The notes under the pieces are model-generated. The model was given only the letters and a program-made list of their open reading frames with translations, searched no databases and was not told where the DNA came from. Made by a program: the position numbers and the translations under genes. Below, one piece after another: positions 10,902 through 21,600 of a stretch of 64,000 bases of DNA; the stretch's first letter is position 1, and each line of letters starts with the position of its first letter. Source of the stretch: Promethearchaeota archaeon (GTDB lineage Archaea > Asgardarchaeota > Lokiarchaeia > Sigyniarchaeales > SOKP01); assembly GCA_016840165.1 (NCBI GenBank), contig JAEOSU010000067.1:35400-99399 (forward strand). Reading direction: 5' to 3'.

Positions 10902-13487
10902 CTATTGTTTTTTAACAACTAGTTTTGTTAAAGCTATGATAAGAATCATTGGTATAACACCAAGACCAAATATCAGAAATAAAGCTAAATCTAGATAGCT
11001 TCCAATCGATAAAATGAAAGGAATTAGAAATAGTTGTCCAACAGAATCGAGTAAATAATGAGCTATTATACATGGTAGTAAACTTTTTGTTTTAATATAA
11101 ATATAAGCAAAAGTAATCCCAATACAACTAGCATAAATTGTTTGCATAAGAGTTAAGAATAAATCTGCTCCCAGTATTAAATTAGTTAAATGGAATAATC
11201 CAAATAATACACCATTTAAGATTATTGATGTCTTATGTGAATATTTCTTTAATTGCAAATTTAAAATTACTCCTCTAAATGCTATCTCTTCCCATATTCC
11301 AGGTATTAATGCGATAATCAATATAAACCAACCTAAGCCTGTATAAATGCTTGGATTCCCAAATAGAATATTCCAATCAAGGAACCATGTTCCAAAAATA
11401 TTTCCAATCAAAAGTATCGAGATACCTAATATTATGATACTACTAACTCCAAGAAATATATTACGCCAGAGAGGTCTAAACGTACTTAATCCAATAGTTA
11501 GAGAAAATTCTCTAAAAGATTCTTTCTTAGGTAGCTTTAATCCAAGAGGTACCGCTACAAACCATAAAAGGGCAAATAAGCTAAAAGTTAAAAAAAATTC
11601 AACAAACAACAATACAAGAAAAGGTAGATTTAATATAATTGGTAATAAGAGTAATTCTATTGGTATCACCAAAAGCCCGAAAATTAGATACAGAACCATT
11701 AGGATTCCAGAACCAATATTAACATGTTCTCGTAGTAATCCTCCAGTTACATAATTGTGCATTTTTTCAACATTAGGAAACATTCTAGTGAATACAAATA
11801 TTAAACTTAAAACTCCAATAATCCCTATAAACCCTAAAACAATTAATGCAGTAATTATACCAGAAATATAAAACAAGAGATTACCAGTTATTGAAATTGT
11901 TGCATATAATAAAAATAAAGATACGAGCATAAGTGCCCATTTACCAACTTTATGTTCTTTATTTAATTCCTCTATGATATATTTGTATTTCACCTTCCCA
12001 AAGAGTCGAATCTTCACCTCAAACATGAATAACAATAAAGTCCAAGCAATTGGTAAACTGACTAAGAATAATAATAGTATAATTATCGAATTAGTTAATA
12101 TTGTAAGCACTATTGATGACAGAATAATTGATATTCCTTGAATTGATAACATTAGTATGATTTTAGCTTTAGCTTGTTCACGAGGGATAATAGGTAACGA
12201 TGCTATTGTGGATGAGCCTGATTCTTCAATATTTAAGAAACCTACAATTAACATTGGAGGAATAAATAAATACACTGCTAACACAATAGACCATAGGATT
12301 AAAATAGCCTCTACCGATGTTCCTGCCATGTTAATTGGTACTTGCATAGTTAAAATTAGTATTAAAGGATAAAAAATAGGGAAGAAAATAAACATAAAGG
12401 ACTGTAAATCACGTGTCGTTGATACTAAATCTTTCCTTAAGTATGCCTTTATAGGTGATTTAGGAACTATTTCCACTTCAATCTCTCTTTTCTCTACTTC
12501 TTCTACTTTTATCTCGGTAGAAATCGTGCTACGTAAAGCTCGTTGAGCAGTCCTAAAGAGAAACAATGTTATTAGTATGAATAAGGCAAACCCTATGATT
12601 GTACTTCCTATTATTCCTAAGGGAACTCGATTTGGCATACTACTTAATGATATGAGATATCCTGGAGCGAACGGGTATGGGATTAAGCTAAAAATAATAT
12701 TCATCATATCAGAAGGCTCATTAGTAGCGAAAGTAGCTAGAAGTGTATCAACAGAATTAAATCCCCAAGTAATTATGAATCCAGATGAAAATGCGATTAC
12801 AAAATAGCTTATCATCGTTATCATTCTAACAATATTCACTTTCTTTGATTTTCCTTTCGATTCTGAGAAAATATAGCTCATTTTTTCTCCTAAGATAACA
12901 AGTAAGCTAAAGCAAAAGACCACATTTAGAAACGAAACTAAGAGCGTGGTTATAAAAATTAAGAAATTCTGGGTTCCGATGAACATTATAATAGGAGATG
13001 CGAAGATTAATACAATGAGCGGGATATCAAGATTGCGAAAAATAGTCATAAATCCAATTTTTCTCAAATCTTTTTTAGAGAAGGGAAGTGTTTGTAACCA
13101 TTTGAAAGAATTTCCCGACATGAAAGAACTGGTTGAAACCATACCAAACATTATCATATATAGAAGTGTTATTGCAAAGAATATTCCAAAAATGAAACTG
13201 GATACAAAAGCAATGGTATTTGGCGTATATACATGTTCAGGATTAAGTGTAATTTGGAAATACATGACTAATGGGAGAAGGGGAAAAAATGTAAATAGAA
13301 ATGAAAACACAATCTTTAACGCTAAAAATTGATGTTTAATATAATTCTTATTTCTCTTGAATTTTTCAATTAACCTTGCCTGATGAGCACCTGCACTTGC
13401 AATTTGACCCTCCATCAGAATTTCATAGCAGGTAAATTTACTTATGCTGTAGTATTTTAACTTTTCTTCTTCCATATTCAATTTCAC
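10902..13487 (-). CDS. Multi-pass ABC-exporter-type permease fused to a C-terminal CPBP (CAAX/Abi) intramembrane metalloprotease
   Basis: About 20 hydrophobic segments; CPBP motifs WEEIAFRG, FGLFH, IIAHYLLD; start overlaps the ABC ATPase stop (alternative ATG at 13475). Confidence 0.8.
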   Translation of the reverse strand: MKLNMEEEKLKYYSISKFTCYEILMEGQIASAGAHQARLIEKFKRNKNYIKHQFLALKIVFSFLFTFFPLLPLVMYFQITLNPEHVYTPNTIAFVSSFIFGIFFAITLLYMIMFGMVSTSSFMSGNSFKWLQTLPFSKKDLRKIGFMTIFRNLDIPLIVLIFASPIIMFIGTQNFLIFITTLLVSFLNVVFCFSLLVILGEKMSYIFSESKGKSKKVNIVRMITMISYFVIAFSSGFIITWGFNSVDTLLATFATNEPSDMMNIIFSLIPYPFAPGYLISLSSMPNRVPLGIIGSTIIGFALFILITLFLFRTAQRALRSTISTEIKVEEVEKREIEVEIVPKSPIKAYLRKDLVSTTRDLQSFMFIFFPIFYPLILILTMQVPINMAGTSVEAILILWSIVLAVYLFIPPMLIVGFLNIEESGSSTIASLPIIPREQAKAKIILMLSIQGISIILSSIVLTILTNSIIILLLFLVSLPIAWTLLLFMFEVKIRLFGKVKYKYIIEELNKEHKVGKWALMLVSLFLLYATISITGNLLFYISGIITALIVLGFIGIIGVLSLIFVFTRMFPNVEKMHNYVTGGLLREHVNIGSGILMVLYLIFGLLVIPIELLLLPIILNLPFLVLLFVEFFLTFSLFALLWFVAVPLGLKLPKKESFREFSLTIGLSTFRPLWRNIFLGVSSIIILGISILLIGNIFGTWFLDWNILFGNPSIYTGLGWFILIIALIPGIWEEIAFRGVILNLQLKKYSHKTSIILNGVLFGLFHLTNLILGADLFLTLMQTIYASCIGITFAYIYIKTKSLLPCIIAHYLLDSVGQLFLIPFILSIGSYLDLALFLIFGLGVIPMILIIALTKLVVKKQ

Positions 13488-14284
13488 TATTGATTTTTCT
13501 TTCTAAATGAAGCTCTTAGTCTTTTTACAATTTCAATTACTGATGTATCTTGTTCAGTTAAACGTAAAAATACATCTTCTAAGCTTGCGCCTACTTTATT
13601 TGCCTTTTGACGGAGTTCTTCAATAGTACCAATCCCAACAATTTTACCCTTATTTATAATTGCTATACGGTCGCATAAATCTTGAGCAATCTCCATTATA
13701 TGGGTAGAAAATAAGACAGATCCTCCATTTTCTATATGTAAATCTAGTATTTCTTTCATTACTTTGACTGATTTGGCATCAAGCCCTGCAATTGGCTCAT
13801 CTAAAATTAATAAATCGGGATCATGTAGAATAGCTGCAATGATCTGAAGTTTTTGTTTGTTACCATGAGATAATGTTGCTATTAATTGGTCATAATATTC
13901 AAGTGCATCAAAACTTTCTAAATATTCTCGTACTCGTTCTGTAGTAGTAGTTTCATCTAATCTTCTAATTGATGCTATAAAGTTAAATAAATCTTTAGGT
14001 GTAAGCGACTTGAATATTAAGGGTTCTTCTGACACATAGCCTATTCTTTTTTTTATTTTGACTTCCTCTCGTTCAGGATTTAACCCAAAAATACTCATTT
14101 CTCCTTCATTTGGTTCAAGTAAGCCGAGAAGAAGCTTAATAGTTGTTGTTTTCCCCGCTCCGTTCGGACCAAGGAGTCCAAATACTTCTCCTTTATGTAC
14201 ATTAAAAGAAATGCCATTAACGGCTTTCACTTCTCCAAAAAACTTCTTTAAATTTTGAACAATAATGATTTCATTATTAATCAT
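13487..14284 (-). CDS. ABC transporter ATP-binding protein (ABC-2/CcmA type)
   Basis: Walker A GPNGAGKTT, signature LSHGNKQK, Walker B LILDEP, H-loop STH. Confidence 0.95.
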   Translation of the reverse strand: MINNEIIIVQNLKKFFGEVKAVNGISFNVHKGEVFGLLGPNGAGKTTTIKLLLGLLEPNEGEMSIFGLNPEREEVKIKKRIGYVSEEPLIFKSLTPKDLFNFIASIRRLDETTTTERVREYLESFDALEYYDQLIATLSHGNKQKLQIIAAILHDPDLLILDEPIAGLDAKSVKVMKEILDLHIENGGSVLFSTHIMEIAQDLCDRIAIINKGKIVGIGTIEELRQKANKVGASLEDVFLRLTEQDTSVIEIVKRLRASFRKKNQ

Positions 14285-14706
14285 TTCAAATCAACTTTGA
14301 TATATTTCTATATATATTTACATATAATATTCATAATTCATAATTCTTCCTAATTAATTCTAAAAAAATTAACCTTATGATAGTTTCTACTTCGTTGACT
14401 ATCAAGAATCTCTGTATAATACTGAATCTTAGACCAAAGATGTTATGATGATATGTGTATAAGGTCGCTTTACGGTAAATCTCCATTTTTTTAAACGGAA
14501 AAATGTCCTTAGATGCGTTAAATGGAACTTCACCATTATCCTTACAATACCCTCTATAAAATTTCCTCGATATCAATTATAGTTTAGATTCTTGTCTTCG
14601 AAATTCTACAAACTCTACAAATTAATAAGTCACCTATACATAATGAAATATATAGGGGAATTTTCTTTAAAATACTATAAGAGAACTATATTAAAAAATA
14701 ATCGCT

Positions 14707-15573
14707 ATGGCAAGAATGAGTGTTGAGATATTAGATGATGATGAAGAGGCTGATATAGCGGGATTTATGCTGGAGGCGTGCGGGATAGATTCTCCCGATT
14801 TTTATCGCAATGAAAGAATCCTCACGAGAGAGAACTTCGAGAAAAATTATGATGTTCTCGAGAGAATGGTACAAGTCCGGCACTTTATTAGAGCACCGTA
14901 TTTTGTAATTGGTTATTTTGCACTATTAACTGGTGCTAAAATATCTGAAGAACTGCGACAAGATATACTTGAGGCTGCGAAGTGGGAGCATGAGGAAGGA
15001 TACTGGGAGGATGAGGGGTTTGCCCTCAAAAGACGGATATATCTCGAAGACTTTCAAGAAAAGATTCAAATCCATAAAGCAGGACAAAAATTACACGCAG
15101 CAAGCTTCAAGTATTCAGAGAAGGGTTTTATGGATTCAAAAGTGGTTGTTGGGATTAATCAATTTAAAAATTATTGCGATTATGGGAAAATTCAGGATAT
15201 AAAGCATGTAAATTTAGATGGATGGGGGCTAATTTCAATTCCACAAGAAGTCTTTGAGCTTACTAATTTAAAATCACTAAGTCTTGAGTTCAATGAATTG
15301 ACAGAAATTCCAGATGAAATTTCAAATTTAGTCTCATTAAAACATCTACATTTAGATTATAACTCACTTGAAACGCTGCCGGAGTCAATAGGAAAGCTAT
15401 TGTCATTAAAAAGCTTTTCCATAATCCATAATAATATTGCACATCTTCCTGAATCAATAAAATACTTAAACAATTTAAAATATGTTTACGTTAGGGGGAC
15501 TAAAATAAATCAGGTTCCTGAGTTTCTAAATAATGCCGAGTTAGATAAGTTAAATAAAACAATCTACTTGTAA
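14707..15573 (+). CDS. Leucine-rich-repeat protein with an acidic helical N-terminal domain (DUF4259/immunity-protein-like)
   Basis: About five LRRs (e.g. LKSLSLEFNELTEIPDEISNL); N-terminal ILDDDEEADI...ELRQDIL...W.D...R...L.DF pattern. Confidence 0.8.
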   Translation: MARMSVEILDDDEEADIAGFMLEACGIDSPDFYRNERILTRENFEKNYDVLERMVQVRHFIRAPYFVIGYFALLTGAKISEELRQDILEAAKWEHEEGYWEDEGFALKRRIYLEDFQEKIQIHKAGQKLHAASFKYSEKGFMDSKVVVGINQFKNYCDYGKIQDIKHVNLDGWGLISIPQEVFELTNLKSLSLEFNELTEIPDEISNLVSLKHLHLDYNSLETLPESIGKLLSLKSFSIIHNNIAHLPESIKYLNNLKYVYVRGTKINQVPEFLNNAELDKLNKTIYL

Positions 15574-15645
15574 TTAAATAAAAAGAACTATCTACTTATG
15601 TCAAAATAAAAAGTTAAATAAAAAAAATAGTTAAATCTCCACTTA

Positions 15646-18600
15646 CTATACACTTACTACAATTTGTAAACGACCGAAATAATAATCTGAATATATATCC
15701 TTAGCAATATCAAAGTCATAACCGAGCAGATCAACAAATAAATTCTTTAATTCCCATGCTGACAAGGAGTTGAGCCGATCAGACAAGCCAAGATGTTGGA
15801 GAAATTCATACTTATTGTCAAAATTCTTAATAACAAAAGTAGCATAAAATCTTAACAACGGAATAATATCCTTTCTTTGCCAATGTTCGTAGAGCGACTC
15901 CCGCTTCCTAAACCAGGTATAGTATGATTGAACTGAAATTCCTAGATCTTTCAAATATTTCTCGAATTCTTGAGGAACTAAATTTTTATCGAAATCGAAT
16001 TCCCTGAAGTATTTAGCGGTCAGAAAACCCTTTAGATATTCATTCCCCATTGGGAAATATTCAGAACTAAGAGTCCGCATTACTCGATTAGGATCCATAC
16101 CTCTAAAATTAGAAGCTAATTCATCAAACTCAAATATACCATCATCCATTAATTCAAACATCCTCTTTCCAGGATAATACACACGAGCTGCTACAGTACT
16201 CATACCTACGGCTCTCCATAGTACTCTCGTTAAAACGCCTGGACTTTTCGCTTGAGAAATTCCTATATAATCTCCAATTTCATGACCAATAAATCCGTGT
16301 GAAAAAAGGAAGGTAATTTTACCATCCAAATCTCTTTGACTATAACCAGTAGTCTCATATTTCGCGGTTCTTCCTGTCAGACCTCCCTTAACATTATACA
16401 AGTCTTCTCCCAATCTCCGAAACTCCTCAATCCACCAATCCTCCAAAACTTTTATTAGATAAGTGTCTGATTTAAAATTTCTCCCAAGCAATTGGATTTC
16501 GACGATTTCAAGCTCCATTGATTCCCTAATTGCATCCATGCCCGCTTGACCTCTTCCTGCACTATCATAAATGTTTCTTATATCTAAATAAAATTCATTA
16601 TATTTCTTCTTTAATTCTACCTTCCTAGTACTTAGTGCTGTGTCGAGCTCCTCTTCAAACCTTACAGACATTGAAGAAAAAGGACGACAATAAGGTGTAC
16701 CCTTAACACGTTGAGTCCTACCAACATAGAACTTTCCCGTTTCTTTATTCTTCCATTTATAAATCATCCCGAACACATAATCATCACCTAATCTCTGCCC
16801 CTTCCATACATTTAACAAAAAGCGTTGGGTATGCTGCGGGTTCCCTCCACATTCATGAGAGATAATTCTCTTAGCTCTTGGGGGAATTATTGATTCCCCT
16901 GTCACCAGATCGCTCTGTGGTTTATGAGGAGGCCCTCTCCCGCCCATATAGAAACTTGCAACATCAGCAATTACCCTTTCTAATTGTGTCCAATCTTCAT
17001 CCTTATTAAATTTGTCTTGAAGTATAGCCATAACCTCCCAATTCATCTGTTCATTAATAATAATATCTAATCCATGATATCTCGTAGACTTAAGAACCTC
17101 TCTTGCTTCTAAGATTAACTCAGACCGGTAGATAATTTGGTCGAGCACCTTTTCAGGCTTGTTCTGGTCATAATTGGGATCAAATAATTTCGCATGAATA
17201 TAATTTATCCGATCTTTATCATATTCTGGGAATAATCCTTCAAAATTGTCTACATGAACAATATCTGTTTTAACTATATCATCCGAAACTTTTTGTTCTA
17301 CTAGAACATTTTCTTCACTGGCCTCCTCTTTATAAAATTGCATTTGGAATGATTGAATATCATACCCAATACTTTCAGCATTCTTACCTAAAACAATTTC
17401 TTTAAACTTGTTGAATAAATCAACTTTTTGTTCAGTCTTAGGATCAGAATTAATGCTAGGGAATGAAATTGTTAGAGGTGGATTGTCAATCTCGATATCT
17501 TGCTTACCTCTAAAGAGGTCTCTTAATGATTCCCCATCGATTTCCGCTGGTTTCTTCGCTTGTTCTTGTAGCATGTTGGATAACACTGTGCTATCAAGAA
17601 CGTCTTGTTGGTCTTTGAACATATTCTGGATATCAGCTTTCCTATTTGCTTGTTGAATTGATTTTCGTTTCCCATATGCTTGGGGAGCGACAGCAACAGT
17701 GCTCTTAATCATCTTATTAAGCCCCATTAATGCGAAAAAGTCAAACGAGCCGAAAAAGATACCAGGCATTATCATGAGAAGTCCCTTGAAAAATCCAGAT
17801 TTTATCAACCGCTCCATGGTGGTCATACTGTCTAATCTCTTTTGCTCTGCTTCACGTTGCTGCTGTAAGTCTTGCTGTATTCTCTGCCTCAAATCGATAT
17901 ATGCACTCGGATCTCCTGCTTTCAAGGCTCTTACAGTCGCAATGCCTTGTTTAAGCTCAGAAAATCCACCTAATGCCAATTCTCCTAATGCACCTTTAAC
18001 CTCCCTATAGGATGTTCCTAATGACGATAGCCAAAATCCTGCATCTTCAGAAAGTCCAGCAAGATCGGCAATGTTCTCAGCAAATGCTTCAATAAAGCCA
18101 TCTTTAATAATCTCCTCAAATACCTCTTGAATGGGACTTGTGACCAACTGGAGAACGGATTTTCCTATCAATGCTTTTACTGAATGAACCCCAGCTTGTG
18201 CCATCATACCGCTAGTGCTCATTATTGTCCATGAACCAAGTAATATCAAGGGAGCACTTATAAGCGTTGACCAGAAGGTCATTGTCTCTGTATATGCAAT
18301 TTCTGAGATCATTTGGGCGGTAGTTTCCGCATATGTGTATTGATTGAAATAGTCCATTATGGTATAATAGGTAGCTTGAGCTAACGCTAATTTGTAATTC
18401 TCAGCCTTTGTATCATTAACAAACACATCAAACACGATGTGCACGTTATAGTACACGGAAGTTTGCGCATCAGTCTGCTGTAAGGCGTTATAGAACGAGG
18501 AATATTGATTAATAATGATGGTCTCAAGTGGTATTGTGAAGTACAAATTACCACTATCAATTGCAAACTGTGCCTCATCGACAACCAGATCTTGAGCAAG

Positions 18601-21600
18601 ATAGTTAATTCCTTCACTTGGATGATCTCGTATCACGTCAATAGAGATATATCGAATCGGATATTCAAAACCTCTATCATTAATTGGGATCTTCGATCTA
18701 TATCCCGCTTTGGTTTCAATATCATTTAGCGAATACGCATTAATCCCTTCAGTATTAATGGAATATTCCTCATCATAACTGCATTCAGTAGTTATAACTA
18801 AATGCCCTGGTTCAGGATCAATTTCATCAAATCTACTTTGACTCAACACGATTGGTCTAAACAAAACGGATTGAGGTAATATGGCTTCATAATTAGTACT
18901 ATTAATAAATTCATATTGCGGTCTGCCATCTATACATGTTGCTCGAATCGCGTCAAGGTGACCATCAGAGACTATCCCCACCTTTCTCTCAAGATTACCT
19001 AATGTATTGGCATAATACCAATTATAAATACTAGTAATACTGTCGGTATTTTTATAGGTATAATGACTCTTCTGGTTGAATGAAGGCAATTCACTAGTCA
19101 ATAAGAAATAATCCAAATTCATATCATCAAAATCCAATGCCCAGAACGCATCGGGATCTGATTCTCCCATACTTTCGAAATTCTCCCATAGTAAATCCAA
19201 GAATCCGCCAAATGAGTCTAATAACCTTGCTGGATTTGGCGGACTTACTAATACTTCAGCGTTATACCTATTACCAGGTTCTCCTCCACTAACTGTGGTA
19301 TAATAACCTCCTGGATGACCAATAAGAGCTGCTGCCATTGTATCTCCAAGTACTCTATCACCAAGTGACTTCTCATTTAGCGATACAGGATCTCGCACTT
19401 CACTTGATACTGGGTAAAATGTCTCAGAACGTGTTCGAGATTCTGCTTCATGCAGATCCATATCAATGAAGAATTTAGTCATCAAGGTATATACTGTGAA
19501 ATAAGTCAATGCATTTAATCCAGTAAGCGCCCCAATCCCTGCTGTTAAAGCAGTAACTGCAGCACTCAACGTTGAAGCGGTCACCGACATGAATACCTGT
19601 TCTGCGATATCACCTACTAGTTGTTTTTTATATTGCTCCCATGCTTGTGAATAAGTCTTATGTCGCACTTCATAGAATAGAGTGGAGAACTTAGGATTTT
19701 TGCTACTTTGTTCTGTAAGTTTATATATTTCAAATATCTGATCTTTCGGCTTATAATCATCCCATACAGATTCTTCATCCCATAAGAGTTCAACATATTG
19801 AAGTTTATCAAATTTGTATACCCAATCAGAGCCAAACATAGTGCTCTCACCTGCTAACCTATTAAACGTGGAAGTTATCTCTACGCTCTTATCTAATCGT
19901 TCATAAGGAGCAAAATCATGAATGCCGTCATAATTGTATCCAATGGTGATTACATCATATTCAGGAATCCCAGTTGCAGAAGTACCACAAATATCACTTA
20001 CAACATACACAGTTTCATAAAATCCATTTGAATCACTATCGACATAGAAATAAGAGCCGCTGGTCTTTGCAGTTCTATCAATGAACGAATCAATATCAGA
20101 AGTATAATACACCTGTCCATCTGGTGGTGTAATAAGCACTCCCTCTACTTCAAACTCAACCCATCCATCATCTACTACATTAGATTTTGAAATCTTGCCA
20201 TAGTCATTATAGAGAGAAAAGCGGTTTGGAATTCTTAGAATTATTTTTTCATCAAATGCATTTACACTATAGGCATAATCTTCTCCAACTACTTGTAAGG
20301 AATCATATTTAACTGGAATATGATCAGAACCCCATGTGGGACTTGACCAACTGATATTAGCAGGATCCGTGAACGGAAGGTCGGGATCAAATAGTACTGA
20401 AACTTCTTGCCCTGTTTCAATGTCTGTAATTGCATGCTCTTGGGCTAACTCTGAGAAAAAGTTATCTGCAACATTAACTTCATGATCTTTAAATTCATCA
20501 ATATAGACTCTTTGTTCCTCAATCCCACCTTCATCGTCAAATTCAATAACCGTGATCGCTGATTGCTCAAAAGTATCAACGTATGTAGTAGTTATGCTTT
20601 GCTTGAATTTTCTATATGTAGCCCGTAGAGTTGGGGCGTTATCCTGAGTGTATCCATTGCATGAACTAAAGTCTCCAGAATTAAGCACTTCTTCTGTGAG
20701 ATCCTCGTTAAATACAGGATTCTCATATGATCCGGTAAATAAGGATTCAATACTTTTATCAACATATTCTGCTATAAAAGTAAAAATATCTTGCTTTTTT
20801 GCTGCTAATATCGTCTTTCTGACTTCTTTTACCTCATAATAGATATCAACAGTAGTACGTTCAAAATTCATTTGAGAATCGGGATACCCATCCCTATCAT
20901 TATCAACTTTAACGCTATAGAAACTTGTTTTACTATATTCTTCTTTAGTTACCATTTGTTGAGTAGATTTCTTAGCCCAATAATCGACATCAGGAAGGAT
21001 CATCTTCGATATATGTAATGCTAATAGGGGTAAAGTAAGCACGATCTCAATTAATTTATCTACATTAAAATCATAAGATGCGAAGATTCTATCATTAATA
21101 TCAAACCATTCAGTATGTCGCTGTTCATCTACTTGTTGTTGGATGGTAATTTCTGAGCTTTCAAAATCTTGAATAACAGTATGCCAATAAATTTCTCCTG
21201 AACCTTCTGGATCATCAATACCATATCTTATAATGTCTATTTTACCATCTCGATCAACGTCAATAGTATGCTTATAGTCTGGCTCTCCGTCCATATCGAT
21301 ATCTGCTACATAAATTATGGAGCTTTCATCTTTGTAGAGTTCAAAATTATCATATAATTCTAACCCATAGCCAATTAACTTATCATTATCCCTCATATCT
21401 GGGTTTCGGCAATATTTACTAGATTTAAAGGATGTATATTCACTTGTGATAGTTGCAGCACTTTCAGCTAATAATGGGATTCCGGACTTTGATATGTAAT
21501 TATAATCAATATCTACATAATTATAGAAAGTTTCCTTAACATCGGTTAGATATGTCTGATTAAATTCATCTAACAGATAAATTTCAGTAAAGCTGGATAT

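Noticed and set aside
5203-14258. Short antisense or overlapping ORFs (5203, 5603, 8148, 8459, 10517, 11347, 12157, 12577, 12946, 14058)
   Set aside because: Shadows of well-supported genes on the opposite strand, with no motifs.
14331-14576. 81-aa ORF in the intergenic region
   Set aside because: Non-ATG start and no recognisable motif; likely regulatory or boundary DNA.
15646-21310. Intein/Hint, Rhs (DPxG) or HExxH autoprocessing site near the nuclease
   Set aside because: No convincing motif found by eye; the release mechanism remains unknown.
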